From positions 31,004,135 through 31,068,134 of the forward strand of contig CM119264.1 in NCBI GenBank assembly GCA_051294375.1: a DNA stretch of 64,000 nt, given 5' to 3'. The stretch is from Paraspadella gotoi. Its lineage: Eukaryota; Animalia; Chaetognatha. Shown piece by piece: positions 40,673 through 53,435 of the stretch (position 1 is the first letter of the stretch; every line of letters starts with the position of its first letter). The notes beneath the pieces were generated by a model that worked only from the letters and a program-made list of their open reading frames with translations, had not been told where the DNA came from and did no database searches. The position numbers and the translations under genes are program-made.

Positions 40673-40861
40673 TTAACCCGTTTTAATTATTATTTTGTAT
40701 TATTAATTGTTCATACAATTACTAGTTATTTCTACTATTTTTTCTATATCTCTCCCCTTTTTTTAGCTTTTTCTACAGTCGATTCCCTCAGTTTTCCTAC
40801 AACTTAAAACGATAAGACCGCCGCCCCCCTTTCCCCCCTGCCTCTCTCGCCCCGCCCACCA

Positions 40862-43800
40862 ATGGCTCGCTATCGCCTCCGCCCGGGTCCCCGTCGACCA
40901 GACCGCCGCCCCGATTACTTCGAGGATTGGCCGGCGCCGCTCGAATCCACGCCGGGTCGGACTCGAAAGCGGCGTCGCGACGCCGCTTCTTCCAGCGTCC
41001 TTTCTCTCAGGAGACTCAACTCTTCCTCGGCGTCGAAAAGGATTTCTAAACGAAGGAAAATCGTCGCCGGGAACAACAACAACAACGGCTTCGTTGACGA
41101 CGATAACGGCGCCGTCCTTTCCTGCGACTCTGATTCGGAAGTCGGCGTCGACGAACGACTTTTCCCGACGCCGCACGATCGACACTCCGGCGGCGTCACC
41201 TCGACGGCGTCGGTTCAAACTCGTTGCTCGGAATCGGCGTCGTTGGCATCGACGCCAGGATGCGAGACCGGCGTCATCGCGTCACCTTCCGTTGCGGTTC
41301 GAAAGCGGCGCTCCGTTCCGTCGGACGGCGCCGTCCCGAGGAGATCCTCCAAGAGACTCATAGATAAACATCTCAAGTTTCCCTTTGATCAGCTGCCGGT
41401 CAGGCTGAGGGTGGTGAAGGAAGGGGCAATCGTGATGCTGGTCAAATTCATTCAGAGTCAATACTGAATACTTAGTCTTTTATTGCTAATAATATTTCTA
41501 ATACTAATGGGAGTCGAGAGCAAGTTATTTATTAAAATGAATGAATGTTTCTCATACTATTGATTGTGCTAAATTCTAACATCGCCATGGCATTTCATTT
41601 TTTTTTCTCCACCTCCCTGCTTCCCTCTCTCCTTTTCCTTCCTCCTCCCCCCTTCTCTCCCTCACTCCCTGTCATCACAGCCGGAATGTCAGTCCCACAT
41701 CTTCTCCCTTTTGTCGGCCAAGGACCGCCTCTCAGCCGCCAGAGTTTGTCGGTCTTGGCGTTCGTTAGCGTCGGCTCCCGGCGTCTGGACCCGAATCGAC
41801 TTCACTCAGTTCCGCGTGGCCGCCTCCTCGAGCGGCGGCGCCGACTGCGAGCGACAATGCCGACACCACGAGGCCTACGAGGCCTACAGAGCCGACGTGG
41901 GTCGCTACGTGGAGCTCCTCAGCCGACGGTTCCGTCCTCTACCGAAGGAGCTTCGCTTCGCCTTCGATTTGGGTCACGCGACGGACGGGTGGTTCTCCGT
42001 TCTCTTGTCCACGCTGGACCCTTTGACCTTTAAGAATCTAGTCGCCGTTCATGCCAAGGTGAGGGGCTGAGGGATGGCATGGGGGAATTAATGTGCCATT
42101 CTGGCCAGGGTGTTGAATGGTATGGAAAAATTAATGTGCAATTGAAGGATGCATAGTTAAAATCAATGCGTTACTCTTATCAAGGGAATTAATTGCAAGC
42201 GAAAAATAAATAAATTAATTAATTAATTTGCCTTCAAAATGAGCATCATCTTACTTATCCGAACCCTGAGCCTAACTTATTTCTCTTCCCTCACCTTCAG
42301 TGGGACAACACCCCGAATCGCCCCGTCTGCCTCACTCGCTACTGCTGCCTCGTGGGGCAGATGCGCGCCGTCTTTCATCGCCACGTCCAACGCTCCTCTA
42401 AATTCGGGACTTTCCTTCATCTTTTATCAAAACAGGTAGTTTCTTTTAAAATCTATCCATTTCTTTTAATGTCTCATTACGCATCCCTACGATTTTCTGC
42501 TGTCTCCTTACCAATCACTCCTCTCTACTTTCCATCCGCTTTTCCCCTTCCCGCTCCACCCCTTCCTCTCCCTGCTCCTATTTCTCCTTCCGCTCCACCC
42601 CTTCCTCTCTCTACTCCATTTTTCCATCAGGCGCCGAATCTGCTCCACCTCCGCCTTCCATTCGACTGGCGCCTGACGCACGTCTGCCAGCTGACTCGCT
42701 TCTCGCGCCTGCAGAGTTTGACCCTGGATCACTACCAGACCTTCGCGCAGCTGCAGCCTTGGAAAGTTCAGTTGCTGCTGCATCACTTGAAGAAACTCGA
42801 ATCCTTGGTCCTCGTCTATGTATCGCCTTCTTTCAAGGTTCCGAGTTTGAGACGCCTTGGAATTTTATATTTTAAAATAGAATTAAATATTTAGCTATGG
42901 CAAGGATCACTTTTAAACATCACACCTCTCTCCTCTACTTTTTTGTCCCTAAAGCACACCTAACTTCTCTCTCTCACTCATTTTTATCTGGCCAGACGGG
43001 CGTAGATAACCATTTAGTATTGCTTCTTTGTGCCGTCGTTGTAACGCTGTTTTAACATTGGAAATAGTTCAAGTGTGTAACCATAGGAAGCTAAAAATTT
43101 AGATAAGGCTTCTCATCATTGGGGTCAATGAATGACTATCATCGCGTCAATGAATGATTATCATCGGATCAATGAATGACTATCATCGCATCAATCATTT
43201 GGTTATCGTCGCATCAATCCTTTGGTTATCATCGCATCTATCCTTTGGGTTTCAACACTATCCACACCTACTTCTCTCTCTTTATTCCCATTCCTCGCTC
43301 CTCTTCTCTCCCCTCCACTTTAAACAGCACACGACTCTCTACGACTTCACCAGCGCCTCCCTCCGTCGCCTGGACGTGTCAGGCTGCGTCGGATTCTTCC
43401 TGCGCCGCCTCGCGACGCCGCGGTTAACGACGCTGACGACGGGACGCCTGCCGTGGCAGGGTTCGTTGAGGGAGACGGATCGTCTGACGATTCCGTGCCT
43501 GGCTGATGTGGTCAAAGGGGCGCCGGCGTTGGAGGTGAGATTAGCGAAGATTAAGGGAAAGATTTGGTCGTTGAAGATGAACAAGTGTGGTCATTGACTC
43601 GTTAATTAATAAATTGTTTGTGGTCTAATGTGAATTATGTATTTTCGAATTAATACATAGTAGAAATTGGTTTATTGCCTCCTGACTTTGGAAGGGACTA
43701 TGCAAGGTTATGGCCTCCCTCTAAGATTATGTAAGAAGCTTTCCATCAACATTTATTCACTGTCTAATAAATAAAAGTCATAAATCCTATTTTTTTAATT

Positions 43801-44110
43801 CGTTCATTCCCCCACCCCCGCATTTCTTTTCATTTAGACTTTCAATGGATTCAATTGTGATTTTGCTTCGCGAAAATCGGATTCGGAAGACGACGCCGCG
43901 TCCGACGCTGCCACTTCTATCGTTCGACGCTGCAGAGCCGCGCCGAAGCGTCGCTCTATCTCTGCCCCATCGAAGCGGCGATCCAGCTCCACCGCTGCCT
44001 CTCGACGCCGCGAATCCGCTTGGGAAAAACTTTTGCAGAGATCTTGTCCCTGTCGACGTCACGGAGTCAGAGGATGGAGGAAAATCTCGACGGAGGCCAC
44101 CGTCGTTTGA
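40862..44110 (+). CDS. F-box protein with degenerate LRR-like repeats and a C-terminal CxCxxH motif, 6 exons
   Basis: Phase-0 exons 40862-41398, 41681-42058, 42301-42435, 42631-42837, 43328-43534 and 43838-44110. F-box FDQLP|PECQSHIFSLLSAKDRLSAARVCRSW...WTRIDF; LxxLxL motifs (PNLLHLRL, RLQSLTL, KLESLVL, SLRRLDVSGC); basic NLS-like N-terminus. Confidence 0.85.
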
Positions 44111-44379
44111 CCTTGGAGGGAGATGGGTCTTTTTGTGACGTTCTGGAGCAAAAATGGGTCAACTCGTTTTTTACCTCTTTCCCCAGCCCCTCATTCCCAC
44201 TTAGCCTCTTAACATCCAGAAGAAATAGGGTGAGAGAGCGGGGGTGACTCTTTATTTTCAAGCGCCGGACATTTTAGAAATTCTTTACACACTTTCTCTC
44301 TCTCCATCGGCTTTGTCGTATTTTTTAAATAGTTTGATTTTTTCCACACGACCTGGTGACTATAATACGCTTTAGTATA

Positions 44380-44653
44380 CAGAAGGCTTCATATTATATT
44401 ATATTATATTATTTTGTGACCAGAATCTGTTCCCACCAAACTACCCGATCAAATTTTATGAAATTTTACATATAGAGTCCTAATGACCATATAAATGGAA
44501 CTATCGAAGCGAATTTTGATATTCAACCCATGACAAGAGATACAGGGCCCTGGAGCTGGACCCCTGGGGTGCCAAAAAAGCCTAAAATTTTTTTATAATT
44601 TTTTAGTACATCGATGTCTTAAACATATAAAAATATTTTTTAAAACTAAAATT
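44380..44653 (-). mobile_element. Partial copy of the Tc1/mariner-like element at 52715-53435, truncated by an N gap
   Basis: ta|cagaaggcttcatatt ... aatctgttcccaccaaactaccc is the reverse complement of the 53380-53435 end. Confidence 0.7.
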
Positions 44654-44678
44654 NNNNNNNNNNNNNNNNNNNNNNNNN

Positions 44679-47600
44679 AAACTCATAAAAAGAATTGCAT
44701 AATTTTAGAAAGAAATTGTTAATACAAACTTTCCTTTTCTTCACTTTCGTCAACCGAAACTTGGAATTTCAAAATCTAAACATCAAACTTTGATGGGACA
44801 AAAACAAGATCGATTCACTCTCTTTTTCTTTTTCTTTCTTCTCTCTCTCTAACGACTGAAATGGCGAACGTGAGTTGGTCTTTAACCTCTTAAAGAAACG
44901 AATAGCAAGTCCTTAATGTGGAATATAAATAGACACTCCCTGAAAATGGCAGCATCAACTTTAAAGATGCAATCAGTTCTGATGACCTCAAAGGAGATAT
45001 ATTTGGCATCTTGGAAAACCCCCCATGATGAATTTTTCTAAAAGATTGAATACTAATAATGCAAACCACAAATTTCTGGACAAAATATAATGGATCTACT
45101 TGCTTTGTCCAGGAATTCACATATGTCCCCTCTGCCTTTTAAAAACCCAAACTGTCTTACCTAACTCAACACTATTTCACCCAAGCCATGCTTCAAACCC
45201 AGACCAAAAAACCAAGGCCAGTTGCCAATCAATCTACTTCAGACAAATTTCCTCACTCAACCTCCTCTTCCCAAACTACCCAACCACCATCATTTCTGAT
45301 TCAGTTCTAACTCAAACCAATGTTGCAAGACTGATTCTCAAGTGCAGACCAAACTTACCACTGTCAAAGATGTAAAAAACTCAAGCAGAGAATATTCAGC
45401 TTGGAAAAATCCAAGGAGAAATTCATTTGCAGAATCAACTTAACATGAACAACCTAAAATCAAGCCTGCTCTTATCAGTCTTCGGTCAAGAAATGGGAAA
45501 ACAAACTCAAGAATGAAAAGAACTGGACCCTGGAAAGAATACATGATCCCTCAACCATTGCGCTGAAAAAAATCTATATCCCCCTCATAGATGTGTTCTT
45601 CAGACAAAAGAAGACAACCACTTTTTGGAAAACGCAAATACTTTACCTAAACTGATGGAAATAGACTTACGGACATTGGTTGCGCCGAAGTTTGCTGATA
45701 TTTGGCTCAGACTTTACCATTTGCCACTTTTTTAGAATCAATATCAGTCATGGATAGAGCCAACTTGTCATGGGGTGGGTCAGAAGTTTTGATTTGGGGA
45801 ACTCTCCTAAATGGAAACTTCATACATTTTCGAGAAAACTTTCAATGGACCAAAATTTTCTAAAATGCGCTAGAACATTAGTAATTAATTTTTTATATTA
45901 TTTATAGATAGAATGTCAAAATCTTTTTAAAATTTTGTATATTTAAAAGCAGATTCAGATAGCTTATAAAAAGTTTCTACACAAAGTATAATTTTTTTCA
46001 ATATTTTGATAAGTGGGTCAAAATGGGAAAAACCTTAAAAAATCATCATCATCATCATCATCCGATGATTTTAGCAGTTTTTATTAATTTTTAGTATAAA
46101 ACGCAAAATTTTAATAAGTTGTAATTATATTTTTTGCTTAAACTTTTAAGCTCTATCAGAATCAATTAAAAAACTTAAAAATATCAAAAAAAATTTTTGA
46201 CATTATATAGCAAAATATAATATTAATTAGGCGAATTACTCATGGTTCGGGAACATTTTGCAAAAAAATATTTTAATACATAATTAATAGCAATAATGGA
46301 TTAGTTTAATACTGTTCCCATTAAAATTTGAATTTGAGTCGGCTACCGCTAGTCATGGTGTCAATGGATAACTTGTCAATGACTGTGACATAAATTAAAA
46401 ATAAACTTCTGAATTCATTTAAATAGTAGCTTTGATAGAATCCAATAGTTTTAGTTGTACTTCTATAACCCCTCTATCAGGCATGGAACGGGTCCGGCTT
46501 GGAACCAGGCTGAGGGTTTGTCACACCCCCAAGGTGCTTACGCTGTCCTCACACTTCCCGCAAGGTAGGTACCGGGTTGGGATTGAACCCTGGTACCTAG
46601 TGGTCATGAGCTGATGGCTTTACTCAATGAGCCACTGGGTCACAACTGAAAGTGTCATGCTTATAGGCGGCGGTAAACATAGGCAATGCCCGACTATTAC
46701 AACTCTCAATGTATTAGTGTCCGTGATTACGTACAGGGGGAGTGTAAAGAGGTTCGCGTGCAACACTTGGCGGTCGTTATGTAAATTATGATCTTGTTAT
46801 GTTCGATGCCCAAAACCATTTAGAAAAGCTCAGTAGTGTTAAAAAGAACGCCAATGGATCGCCATTAACGGAAGATTATAATATTTTTTTTACACTTCCC
46901 GGAAAATGCTACTAATATGAAATAAGAAATGAACTTGAAGAATAATTGTCTGATATTATTAATATTGTTTCCAAAGGCTTTTAAACACTACATTCTCACT
47001 ACACTACACAACTGTGTGAAGAATAAGTCATCAATTCCTTATCAACAGGCCGTTTGAGTAAGGAATTTTGAGTTGAGGCGATCTGATAACAGTACTAAAT
47101 ACTGCTATTAAAGTATTTTTGATATGATTCAACCAAAATGTAACCAAAATGGTTGCGAAGCAAACAAAAAAAAATGATTGAACTGTATCTCTCTCTGTCT
47201 CAATGGCTTTTTGCCATTGCTTCACTGTCTCACTATCTTTTCAAGATTATGTTATTAATACTTGATTGTATATATTTTATATTATATTTTATTAATTTTA
47301 TATGCTTTTTAATGCTTAATATTATTTTTTATCCTATCTGCTGATCAACTAGTATACTAATATTTTAGTTTGATTTTATAATATTTATTCAAAATTTTTT
47401 ATTTAAAATTAATAAATTTAATTAAATTAAAATATTACTGTGAAACGTTAATCTCATTTGCATATTGGAAGTAACCCAATTTTATTACGAACCTTTTGGC
47501 TTTGTAAACAAAATACTTCTATCTCAAATCTTTCATTTTGGTACCAAAGGTATATTCCCAAGGTTTTGTAAAGATATTCCAACCTGTCTATAGGAAGGTT

Positions 47601-50076
47601 GCCAGTATACGAGGAATTTCAATATTTGACCCTGAGCCGAGATATGGGCCCAGGGCAAAAAATGTTCAAAAATTTTTTTCTAATTTTTTACATTTTTTGT
47701 TTTGAATAGTTGCACAGTCGCTTAACTCATCACAAAAACGTATTATTACCCCAAAAAATATTATTTACCTTTAGTTCAGCTTCATGAACATCAGCGTTCA
47801 AGTCAGATTTGAAATAATTCGAGAAAATTGGGAAAAAAACGATGAACCATGCATCTTCACAACCCGATTAATTAGCAAAAGGATGAGTTAGCGACTGTGC
47901 AACTATTCAAAACAAAAAATGTAAAAAATTAGAAAAAAAATTTTTGAACATTTTTTGCCCCTGGGGCCCATANNNNNNNNNNNNNNNNNNNNNNNNNNNN
48001 NNNNNNNNNNNNNNNNNNNNNNNNNNNNNNNNNNNNNNNNNNNNNNNNNNNNNNNNNNNNNNNNNNNNNNNNNNNNNNNNNNNNNNNNNNNNNNNNNNNN
48101 NNNNNNNNNNNNNNNNNNNNNNNNNNNNNNNNNNNNNNNNNNNNNNNNNNNNNNNNNNNNNNAGTTCAATCAGTTTTTTGTTTTGCTCGCAACCATTTTG
48201 GTACTGTTAATTTGAATCATATCAAAATACTTTAATAGCAAGTATTTAGTACTGTTATCAGATCGCCTCAACTCAAAATTCCTTAACTCCAGAAGGCCAT
48301 GTTGATAAGGAATTGATGACTTATTCTTCACCAGTTGTGTAGTGTAGTGAGATGTAGTGTTAAAAACCTTTGGAAACAATATTAATAATATTCAGACAAT
48401 TATTCTTCAAGTTCATTTCTTATTTCATATTAGTAGGCATTTTCCGGGGAGTGTAAAAAAATATTATAATCTTCCGTTAATGGGCGATCCTTGGCGTTCT
48501 TTTTAACACTACTGAGCTTTTCTAAATGGTTGGCATCGAACTAACAAAGATCAGTATTTACATAACGACGCCAAGTGTTGCACGCGAACCTCTTTACACT
48601 CCCCCCTGTACGTAATCACGGACACTAATACATTTGAGAGGTTGTATAGTCGGGCATTGCCTATGTTTACCCCGCCTATAAGCATGACACTTTCAGTTGT
48701 GACCCAGTGGCTCATTGAGTAAAGCCATCAGCTCATGACCACTAGGTACCGGGTTCAATCCCAACCCGGTACCTACCTTGCGGGAAGTGTGAGGACAGCC
48801 GTAAGCCACCTTGGGGGTGTGACAAACCCTCAAGCCTGGTTCCAAGCCCAGGACCCGTTCCATGCCTGATAGAGGGGGTTATAGAAGTCACAAACTAAAA
48901 CTATTGGATTTCTATAAAGCTATCTATTTAAATGATGTAATAGTTTATTTTTAATTTATGTACAGTCATTGACAAGTTTGCTCTACCATGACTGATATTG
49001 ATTATAAAAAAAGGGCAATGGTAAAGTCTGAGCCAAAATCAGCAAACTTTGGCGCAACCATGGTCGTAAGTCTATTTCCATCAGTTTAGGGTAAGTTATT
49101 TTTGCGTTTTCCAAAAGTGGTTGTCTTCTTTGCTTGAAGAACACATTATGAGGGGGGATATGATTTTTTCAGCGCAGGTTTGAGGGATCTGTATTCTTTC
49201 CAGGGTCCAGTTCTTTCATTCTTGAGTTTGTTTCCCATTTCTTGACCGAAGACTGATAAGAGCAGGCTTGATTTTGAGGTTGATTCTGTTTAAGTTGATT
49301 CTTGCAATGAAGTTTCTCCTTGGATTTTTCCAGCTGAAGTATCTCTGCTTGAGTTTTTACATCTTTGACGTTGGTAGTTGGTCTGCACTTGAGATCAGTC
49401 TTGCAAACATTGGTTGAGTTGAACCTGAATCAGAAATGATGGTGGTTTGGGTAGTTTGGGAAGAGGAGGTTGAGTGAGGAAATTTTGTCTGATAGATTGA
49501 TGTGAACTGGCCTTGGTTTTTGTGGTCTGGGTTGAAGGCATTGGCTTGGGTGAAATGGTTGAGTTGAGGTAGAGACAGTTTGGGTTTTTAAAGGCAGAGG
49601 GACATATGTGATCTGGACCAAAGCAAGTAGATCCATTATATTCTTGTCCAGAATTCGTGGTTTGCATTATTAAGTATGCAATTTTTAGAAAAATTCATCA
49701 GGTTTCCAAGTGCCAATATATTTCCTTTGAGGTCATCAGAACTGATTGCATCTTTAAAGTTGATTGCTGCCCATTTTCAGGGAGTGTTAATTTCTATATC
49801 ACATTAAGGGACTTGCTATTTCCGTTTCTTTAAGAGGTTAAAGACCAATCTCAACTTTCGCCATTTTCAGTCGTTAAGAGAGAGAGAGAGAGAGAAAGAA
49901 AAAGAAAAAGAGAGTTGAATCGATCTTGTTTTTAGTCGCCAGGTTCAAAGTTTGATGTTTAGATTTTGAAAATTCCAAGTTTCGGTTGACGAAGAGTGAA
50001 GAAAAAGGAGAAAGTTATGTAATTAACAATTTCTTTCTAAAATTATGCAATTTCTTTTTAGTGAGTTTAATAGTTA
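44679..50076. repeat. ~5.4-kb palindrome (arms ~44679-47730 and ~47881-50076), probably an assembly or read artefact
   Basis: The right arm is the reverse complement of the left with many 1-bp indels, and the block is bounded and interrupted by N gaps. Confidence 0.85.
46465..46700 (-). mobile_element. tRNA-derived SINE-like element (mirror copy ~48640-48885)
   Basis: Minus strand carries A-box TGGCTCATTGAG and B-box GGTTCAATCCC. Confidence 0.6.
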
Positions 50077-51016
50077 NNNNNNNNNNNNNNNNNNNNNNNN
50101 NNNNNNNNNNNNNNNNNNNNNNNNNNNNNNNNNNNNNNNNNNNNNNNNNNNNNNNNNNNNNNNNNNNNNNNNNNNNNNNNNNNNNNNNNNNNNNNNNNNN
50201 NNNNNNNNNNNNNNNNNNNNNNNNNNNNNNNNNNNNNNNNNNNNNNNNNNNNNNNNNNNNNNNNNNNNNNNNNNNNNNNNNNNNNNNNNNNNNNNNNNNN
50301 NNNNNNNNNNNNNNNNNNNNNNNNNNNNNNNNNNNNNNNNNNNNNNNNNNNNNNNNNNNNNNNNNNNNNNNNNNNNNNNNNNNNNNNNNNNNNNNNNTTT
50401 CGCGAAGAGTAGAAACGAGAGAATGTATCGCAAGACATAAAATACTGAGGGGCAGGAGGAGGAAAGAAGAAGAAGAGGAAGAGGAGAATTGGACGGCAGG
50501 CTAAATCCTCCTCTGGTAATTTTTGAAGAATATCGAATTCTTTTTTATTATTTTTTGAATGAAAAGCATTTTCGGGCGGACGAATGCGGATGAGATTTAA
50601 TTGATAACTGATTAGTGAGAAGATGTATCATTAGGACTTAAATAGTGACATAATATAAAAATCTTTTTTTCATTTATTAACACACTGGACAAAGAGCTTT
50701 TAACATAACAAAGTCAAATAATTTTTCTCTTCCACCAATGTGGGTAAAACAAACCTTTCAAAGACTCACCCAAAATAGAGATTTGCTTATAACTTGAGAA
50801 AGAATAATTTTTGGAAACTGTTATCTTACATAAGACTTTGTACCATTACTATGAAAAGACTGAATAATGAATATGTGTGAATATGTGAATGTATTTATGC
50901 CCGTATGTTCAAGTGGCTTTTATACAATTTGTTTTTTTTTGTTTTGTTTTTTTGGATCTCTGTGCCCGGCGTTGATTGAATGGGGGCGCCCCGCTTGACG
51001 GATCTCTGAACTGCAC

Positions 51017-51117
51017 CCGGCATCGTCCCCTTGACGTAACTCGAATAGCCGGCATCGTCCCCTTGACGTAACTCGAATAGCCGGCATCGTCCCCTTGACG
51101 TAACTCGAATAGCCGGC
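51017..51117. repeat. 32-bp tandem repeat x3 (ccggcatcgtccccttgacgtaactcgaatag) in an isolated CpG-rich patch
   Basis: Three identical contiguous units with no spacers. Confidence 0.95.
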
Positions 51118-51919
51118 GTCGCCTCGTACGCCGGACGTTTCCATGACTCCTGGCTAGCCACCGCCGGCGTCGTCTCCTTGACGATGCCTCGCTCGGCGGC
51201 TCTGCATCCAACTTGACGTCTTTTTTTTTTACCGGATCAGTGCGTGCGACTTTGTGCATGCAATGAGCTTGTTATTGCATGTTTTAAACTGATTGCTAAC
51301 GAAAGTTAACTACCCGGAATTTCTTCCCCCTTCTTGTTTTACAAGATTAATCAAGTTCATTTAGTCAACAGGCATTGTATAGAAAGGATTAAATTCAACA
51401 AAATTCTTTTCCTAATTAGCTTGCTCAATCACTTAGTTTCGCGTACTTGTTTTAACCTCATTCAACATAAACAACTATCAAAACAAATTTAAACATATTT
51501 ATTAATTGTTTTTTTAAAAAATAATTATTATTAAATTTTTTATGCTCTCTTTTGGCTTATATTCAACTTTATGATGACGCATTAATCTCATTTGCATATT
51601 CCAGTCACTCGATTTTTATTACTAACCTTTTGAGCATACTTGACCCACCAGCTGTGTATTTAATTTCCATTAAATATGGTTCTGATCATATTTTGAGAGT
51701 TTTTTGAAAATCTGAATCTAGATTCAGGCACGACGATAGTTCTTTTTGTATTCACATAGGTATCGTTCATAACAAATTTGATTAAAATCTATTCAGTAGT
51801 TTTCTCGGAACGTGTTCTGGTTACAAAAAAGGGTACCTCATTTTATAATATGAAGCCTTATGTAGTTATTATGAGGATTTATTATACCATTATGGTGGAT
51901 TAAAATCCACCAACCGTTC

Positions 51920-52075
51920 ATCAGCGGCCATTGGTGCCAGAGGCAAGTTATTCGCCTCCTCACCCAAAGGTCCGGGGTTCTAGCCCGGTGGTCGTCTGGC
52001 AGTTAAGAGGAACGGGGCGCTTAACCCGCCTGTAACACGGTGTTACAGCCTGATCCGAAGCTCAGGGTCTGCTTA
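51920..52075 (+). mobile_element. tRNA-derived SINE-like element; related 3' fragment at ~34910-34972
   Basis: tggtgccagaggc (A-box-like) and ggttctagccc (B-box-like). The block gggcgcttaaccc...tacagc.tgatccgaagct is shared with an OGT intron. Confidence 0.55.
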
Positions 52076-52714
52076 TATTGAACGGTTCTGTCATTAACAC
52101 TTATCAATAATTACTGTCTCTTCACCATCGCTTGTATTTATTCGTTTTGTAATTTATACTACAGGACATTGGACGAAAATTAAACTTTTAGAAATTCATT
52201 TTTAGCGAAATTTCTGACCAGACAGGATATATCGAATATCACATAATTTTGAAAAAAAAAACATATTTTTCTTGATCCGAGTATCTGAAAAGACTGCAGA
52301 AATTATTTATTTTAATTTTATAATTATATTGTTAGACTGAAAACATTTTGACACCTGTCCATTGACTTTTTGCTATTGACTCTCTGACGGGAAATAATAA
52401 ATAGTTTCATTATCGCATTTCATTGACGACGATCTTATTTTAGAATGAATTATCAATTAACAATGACGGCGGTGCTAACAGTTGACATATTCGGCCTTAA
52501 GGTGATATTGGGTTGTTCACATTCTATGGCTAAAAAGTGGCATGATGAAGACATGATCTCTTCGATTCATGACCAAAAAAGATGAAACGAAATGTGAACG
52601 AATTACAAGTTTGACGAAAAGGTGCTGCTTGGTTTATAACACGACTTCCGACTAGTACAGTCACCTACAATATTTTTTGGATTTTCCACTAAGCTGAGGA
52701 TTGAGGAACCATTA

Positions 52715-53435
52715 CAGAAGGCTTCATATTTTAAAATGAGGTACCCCTTTTTTCTGACCAGAACCCATTCCGAGAAAAGCTCCTGGACCAAATTTTTCAT
52801 TCCTCTGTGATGATATGAACAATCCCTATGTGAATAAAAATAGAACTAGGCGATTTTAAATATTTGACTCCTGAGCCGAGATATGGGGCCCCGGAGGGGT
52901 CACCCATAGGGGCAAAAAATGATATAAATTTTTCCCAAATCGTATCTTTTTTTTTTCATGAACAGTTGCATAGACTTTACACTTCCACAAAACGTATTTA
53001 TTACTACAAAAATATTAGTTTACCTTAATTATCAGCTTTTGAAAATCAGCAGTTCAAGTCAATTTGGAATAATTTGGGAAAATTGGAAGTAAACGATGAA
53101 AACGTGCATCTTTCAAAACTATGCTTAATTATTGAAAAACTTTATAAATTTAGTTCAAAAAATGTTTTTTTTTATGTTTAAAACGCCAATGCACTCTGCC
53201 TGCTAAAAAATTTAAAAAAATGAAAAAAAATTTGTAGCTTTTTTTCGGCCCCCAGGGGTCCACCCCAAGGGCCCTTATCTCTTGTCAGGGGTTGAATATC
53301 AAAAATTGCCTTGATAGTTCCTTTATATTTCATGAGGCGCCTCTTATATGTTAAACTTTTCATTGAAACTTCGACTCGGGGTAGTTTGGTGGGAACAGAT
53401 TTTGATTACCTCATTTTATAATATGAAGCCTACTG
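52715..53435. mobile_element. 721-bp non-autonomous Tc1/mariner-like DNA transposon (TA TSD, ~29-bp TIRs)
   Basis: ta|cagaaggcttcatattttaaaatgaggta ... tacctcattttataatatgaagcctactg|ta. Further fragments at 44380, ~47620-47860 and ~51790-51863. Confidence 0.85.

Noticed and set aside
37972-50504. ORFs containing runs of X
   Set aside because: Artefacts of translating N gaps.
51017-51117. CRISPR-like 32-bp repeats
   Set aside because: Units are contiguous with no spacers, there are no cas genes, and the context is eukaryotic.
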